Below are positions 60,887 through 64,000 of a stretch of DNA of 64,000 nt, piece after piece; the first letter of the stretch is position 1, and each line of letters begins with the position of its first letter. The notes under the pieces were generated by a model. That model saw only the letters and a program-made list of their open reading frames with translations. It was not told where the DNA came from and did no database searches. Made by a program: the position numbers and the translations under genes. Origin of the DNA: Chrysomallon squamiferum (taxonomy: Eukaryota > Animalia > Mollusca); the NCBI GenBank assembly GCA_012295275.1, contig CM022671.1:9920001-9984000 (forward strand), in the 5' to 3' direction.

Positions 60887-62159
60887 CTGTTAATAAAGAA
60901 ATCATAAAAGTATCCAGTTACATTTCCTTAACTTTACTTAATCATTTGTGTCAGATGCAGAAAAATGTTTTATATTTCTCCTTCACAATTATATTGAAAA
61001 TGAAAATAGAAAGTGTCCTGGTTGATGGAGAAACGCTGTGTTGTGTGGTGTCATGGTGTCAGGTGTTTATGGAACTGGTGTGAGTTTAACCATAATACCC
61101 CCCATACTGCTCATGACAGATAAACAATTTCACAAACTAAAACAACTAATGTCATGCTTTGTCTTTCAAAGTTGAAAATCTCACCAGTGCACCAGTCTAA
61201 CAAGAACATCACTGACATACAAAAAAAAAAAAAAAAAAAAAAAAATAAATACAAATTATTGTTTTAATATAAATTACTTGCTGAATCAGAATCAGCATGT
61301 TCGAGAACAATGTGTGTTTGCAGGAAATCACCAAAAATAGAATAAATTAATATTTATGTATTATGTATACATTCAAGCATTCATATATATATGTATGCAT
61401 ATTTCAAATAAGAGAAATATATTAGCTAAAATAAATCACAAGTTTTTCAAATACTTTTTGGGGGTATTTTTTATGAAAAATATATACATTTATTGAAATA
61501 TTTTTAAAAATAAACAATTTGTATGTACAATTTATATATGGTTTTTGTATTTATTTATAAACTAACACATGAAAAAGCAAAAAAAAAAAAAAAACAGCAG
61601 CCTACATCATATTTTACATTTATTAATTTAAGTGAAGTCAGGAATTTGAATCCAATTCCACTATCGGCCTTAATGTGATTCATTAAACACCAAAATAATA
61701 CAAGATTAGTGATTAGAAATAAACCAGTAAATATAATTGTTATCAGAATGTCATATTAACAACAACAAAATTACTGTTTAAACTGTTATTAGCTGTCTTT
61801 GGGTCATTCTCTGATGATTTTATAATTCTGTGTGAAAATCAAATGATGCATGTTTTTATTACTTATCACAAACACATACTACAATAACTATACATTATAA
61901 ACAAGTGTTCAGTCATTTTAAATTTTATCATTTAAGTTGAATTGCGAATAGTATTTTAAAAATTAAAAACTGAAAGTATCGACTATTTGAGTATTAAACT
62001 GGTACCATTTATACTAATGAATTTCATTTATATTTGGTAACCGTTTAGTTTAAATTTCTAGTACTGTATAGAGAATAAGAGACATGTTCACATGTAGAAA
62101 TTATTTTTCTCTTTGACACAGGTTTTCTTGTCACAGTATTCAATTAATTTTCAGTTTAG

Positions 62160-62936
62160 TAATTCACTGTACATACTCAGTTTCTGAAGAAATGAGCTAG
62201 CACTTCGGTCACAGAAGACGCTGGACGGGTCAGTTTATATCAGTGGCGTGCAGACGTCTGGTGATGCCTGGGGCCAACTCGTTGCTTGTATGCCCCAAAG
62301 ACTGAAGTGTAAGGCCTGGTACTGAGAAATATTATAAAAGAGGAAGATATTTTGAATATGTAAACACAGATGAAACATAAAATAAACATAAATATAAATC
62401 AACCTAATTTATTTAGTTCTTTTCTCTGACTGGATTACCGGAGCCACCGTCCCTCGCCCCCCCCCAACTCTGCACGCCACTAGTTTATACATTTTGTTTA
62501 TAACTGCTTTTTTTTTTTAATATAACAGTTGAAGGCGATGTAAAACTTATTAACAGTGCAATGCATTGTTTTTCATGGTGTGGTTACAGAGCACGAAACC
62601 CCCCCAAAAAAAAACTCTGTCATTCAGTATTCGTGTTATTCGAATTTCAAAATTTGTAATTGTCATGCATCGTCTGTAACAGTGGTGGAACAATCATTGT
62701 GACATTATCAGACAAAAATAACTTTTCAGCTGAAATATGAGATAGAAATATCACCTACCAATTCTTTCAAATACTCAAACTGCCAAGCAGAGTAATCCTT
62801 TCAGAAATAACTACACGTTGACTAAACTGTTCATCACTGAACGGTAAAAATAAAATATGAATTATTTCATATTTTAGTGCCGCAGTCTTTCCTCCGAGTT
62901 TCACGTGCATCCGCCAGAATCAGACCGGAATTGACG
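62160..62936 (+). repeat. Diverged paralog of window start (8-292 + 1436-1570)
   Basis: Colinear similarity with 8-292 and 1436-1570. Confidence 0.85.
62241..62482. mobile_element. hAT-type MITE, 242 bp
   Basis: TIRs CAGTGGCGTGCAGA / TCTGCACGCCACTA, with 8-bp TSD GTTTATAT / GTTTATAC. The empty site is visible in the paralog at ~75-88 (caatttataacatc). Confidence 0.9.
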
Positions 62937-62980
62937 AATGCGGTGAAACTCGGGAAAAGTTTGCGGTACTGATGGATAGT
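62826..62980. mobile_element. Palindromic MITE with TAA TSD (PIF/Harbinger-like)
   Basis: taa|ACTGTTCATCA...AGTGCCGCAGTCTTTCCTCCGAGTTTCAC...GTGAAACTCGGGAAAAGTTTGCGGTACTGATGGATAGT|taa. The left arm is interrupted by ~38 nt of AT-rich sequence. Confidence 0.7.
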
Positions 62981-63144
62981 TAATGTTACAGTGCTCGCAG
63001 TGATTTCTGACGTTTGTTTTTGTTTTTTTTATTATTATTAGTTATTATTTCTTTTAGACTATTTTTGAAATGAGACAAAAAATGATGTATTTGATGTCAG
63101 TTATGCCGTTTATCGCAACGCTGTCGGTAGACTTCAAACGGTAT

Positions 63145-63147
<3 letters not shown>

Positions 63148-63202
<55 letters not shown>
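63148..63202. repeat. (GA)n microsatellite
   Basis: Direct. Confidence 0.98.
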
Positions 63203-63205
<3 letters not shown>

Positions 63206-64000
63206 TATATTTTCTTTTGTTTACTTTCAATTCATTTTGTTTTGTATTTTTTTAACTTTTTTTTTTTTTTTTTTTTTACTTTTTTTTTTTCGTATTAAAC
63301 AAATCCAAAAAGCATTATAACCAATTCATGGCAGTTTCATGAACAATTTTTAATTTTATATAACTGCCATTTAGAAAATGTGTAAAATATTTTATAACTA
63401 CTAGACAAAAATAGCTATAACTGTTGTGAAATGCAGTTAAATTCCCTTGTATAATTTTCCACAATGTTTATAATAATGAAATTCATGCCAATGATCACAA
63501 ATTAATTGGAAGTTAAGATCATATCGTCCAGTGTTAAGGAACATAGCTCTTCGGTCGTTGTTTTTAAAACAACAAGAGAATTCTTTTTTGTAAAAATACA
63601 GCCTGACTACAAAGATTCAATATTCTGCAACGATATTATGCATAAGCGCGTAAGTGAACGTAAAAACTGTTTTTAATGTTAGGTACATGATAAGAGTCAT
63701 TTATTCAAAACTGGGAATAGATAAAAGTATTAGCTCTTCAAATTACACACAGTTTCAACAGGAAAATCTACAGTTAAAAAAAGGATTGAATATTGTTTTT
63801 TCGTATTAGTTTTTTCTTTCTTCCGGACAGTAGTAGTAATAGAATAAAGGTATTATTTTTATAATTCCAGACAATAATTCTAGACATAATTTGTGACGCT
63901 GGACAGAGTTTACGTTCTATAAACAAATAAGATTTCAGTTTTATATGAATAAACCGAGGTTCAACCAAAAATAGAATGATAAAGTATAAATAATCGTTAA

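Overview
AT-rich, microsatellite-laden animal genomic DNA, probably from an invertebrate. A 5S rRNA fragment and an APE-RT-RNase H LINE fit a mollusc-like host, but this is inference. No intact host protein-coding gene is evident, and almost all listed ORFs are artefacts of simple repeats. The window holds several tandem arrays (69-bp, ~300-bp, and a ~502-bp satellite of ~24 copies at ~26-38 kb), a decayed LINE, two MITEs, and diverged paralogous segments at both window ends. The standout is a parvovirus-type NS1/Rep gene at 57635-59320, with an HUH endonuclease, an NLS, an SF3 helicase and one premature TAG. It has no capsid gene and lies between two same-orientation arrays of one 9-bp repeat family (YGGTGCGTR/CGGAATGTA). 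The left array grades into ~6 kb of (GT)n that begins just after a 64-nt hairpin. This is either an endogenous parvoviral element captured in a satellite or a capsid-less Rep-plus-iteron mobile unit. Most boundaries were read by eye and are approximate.
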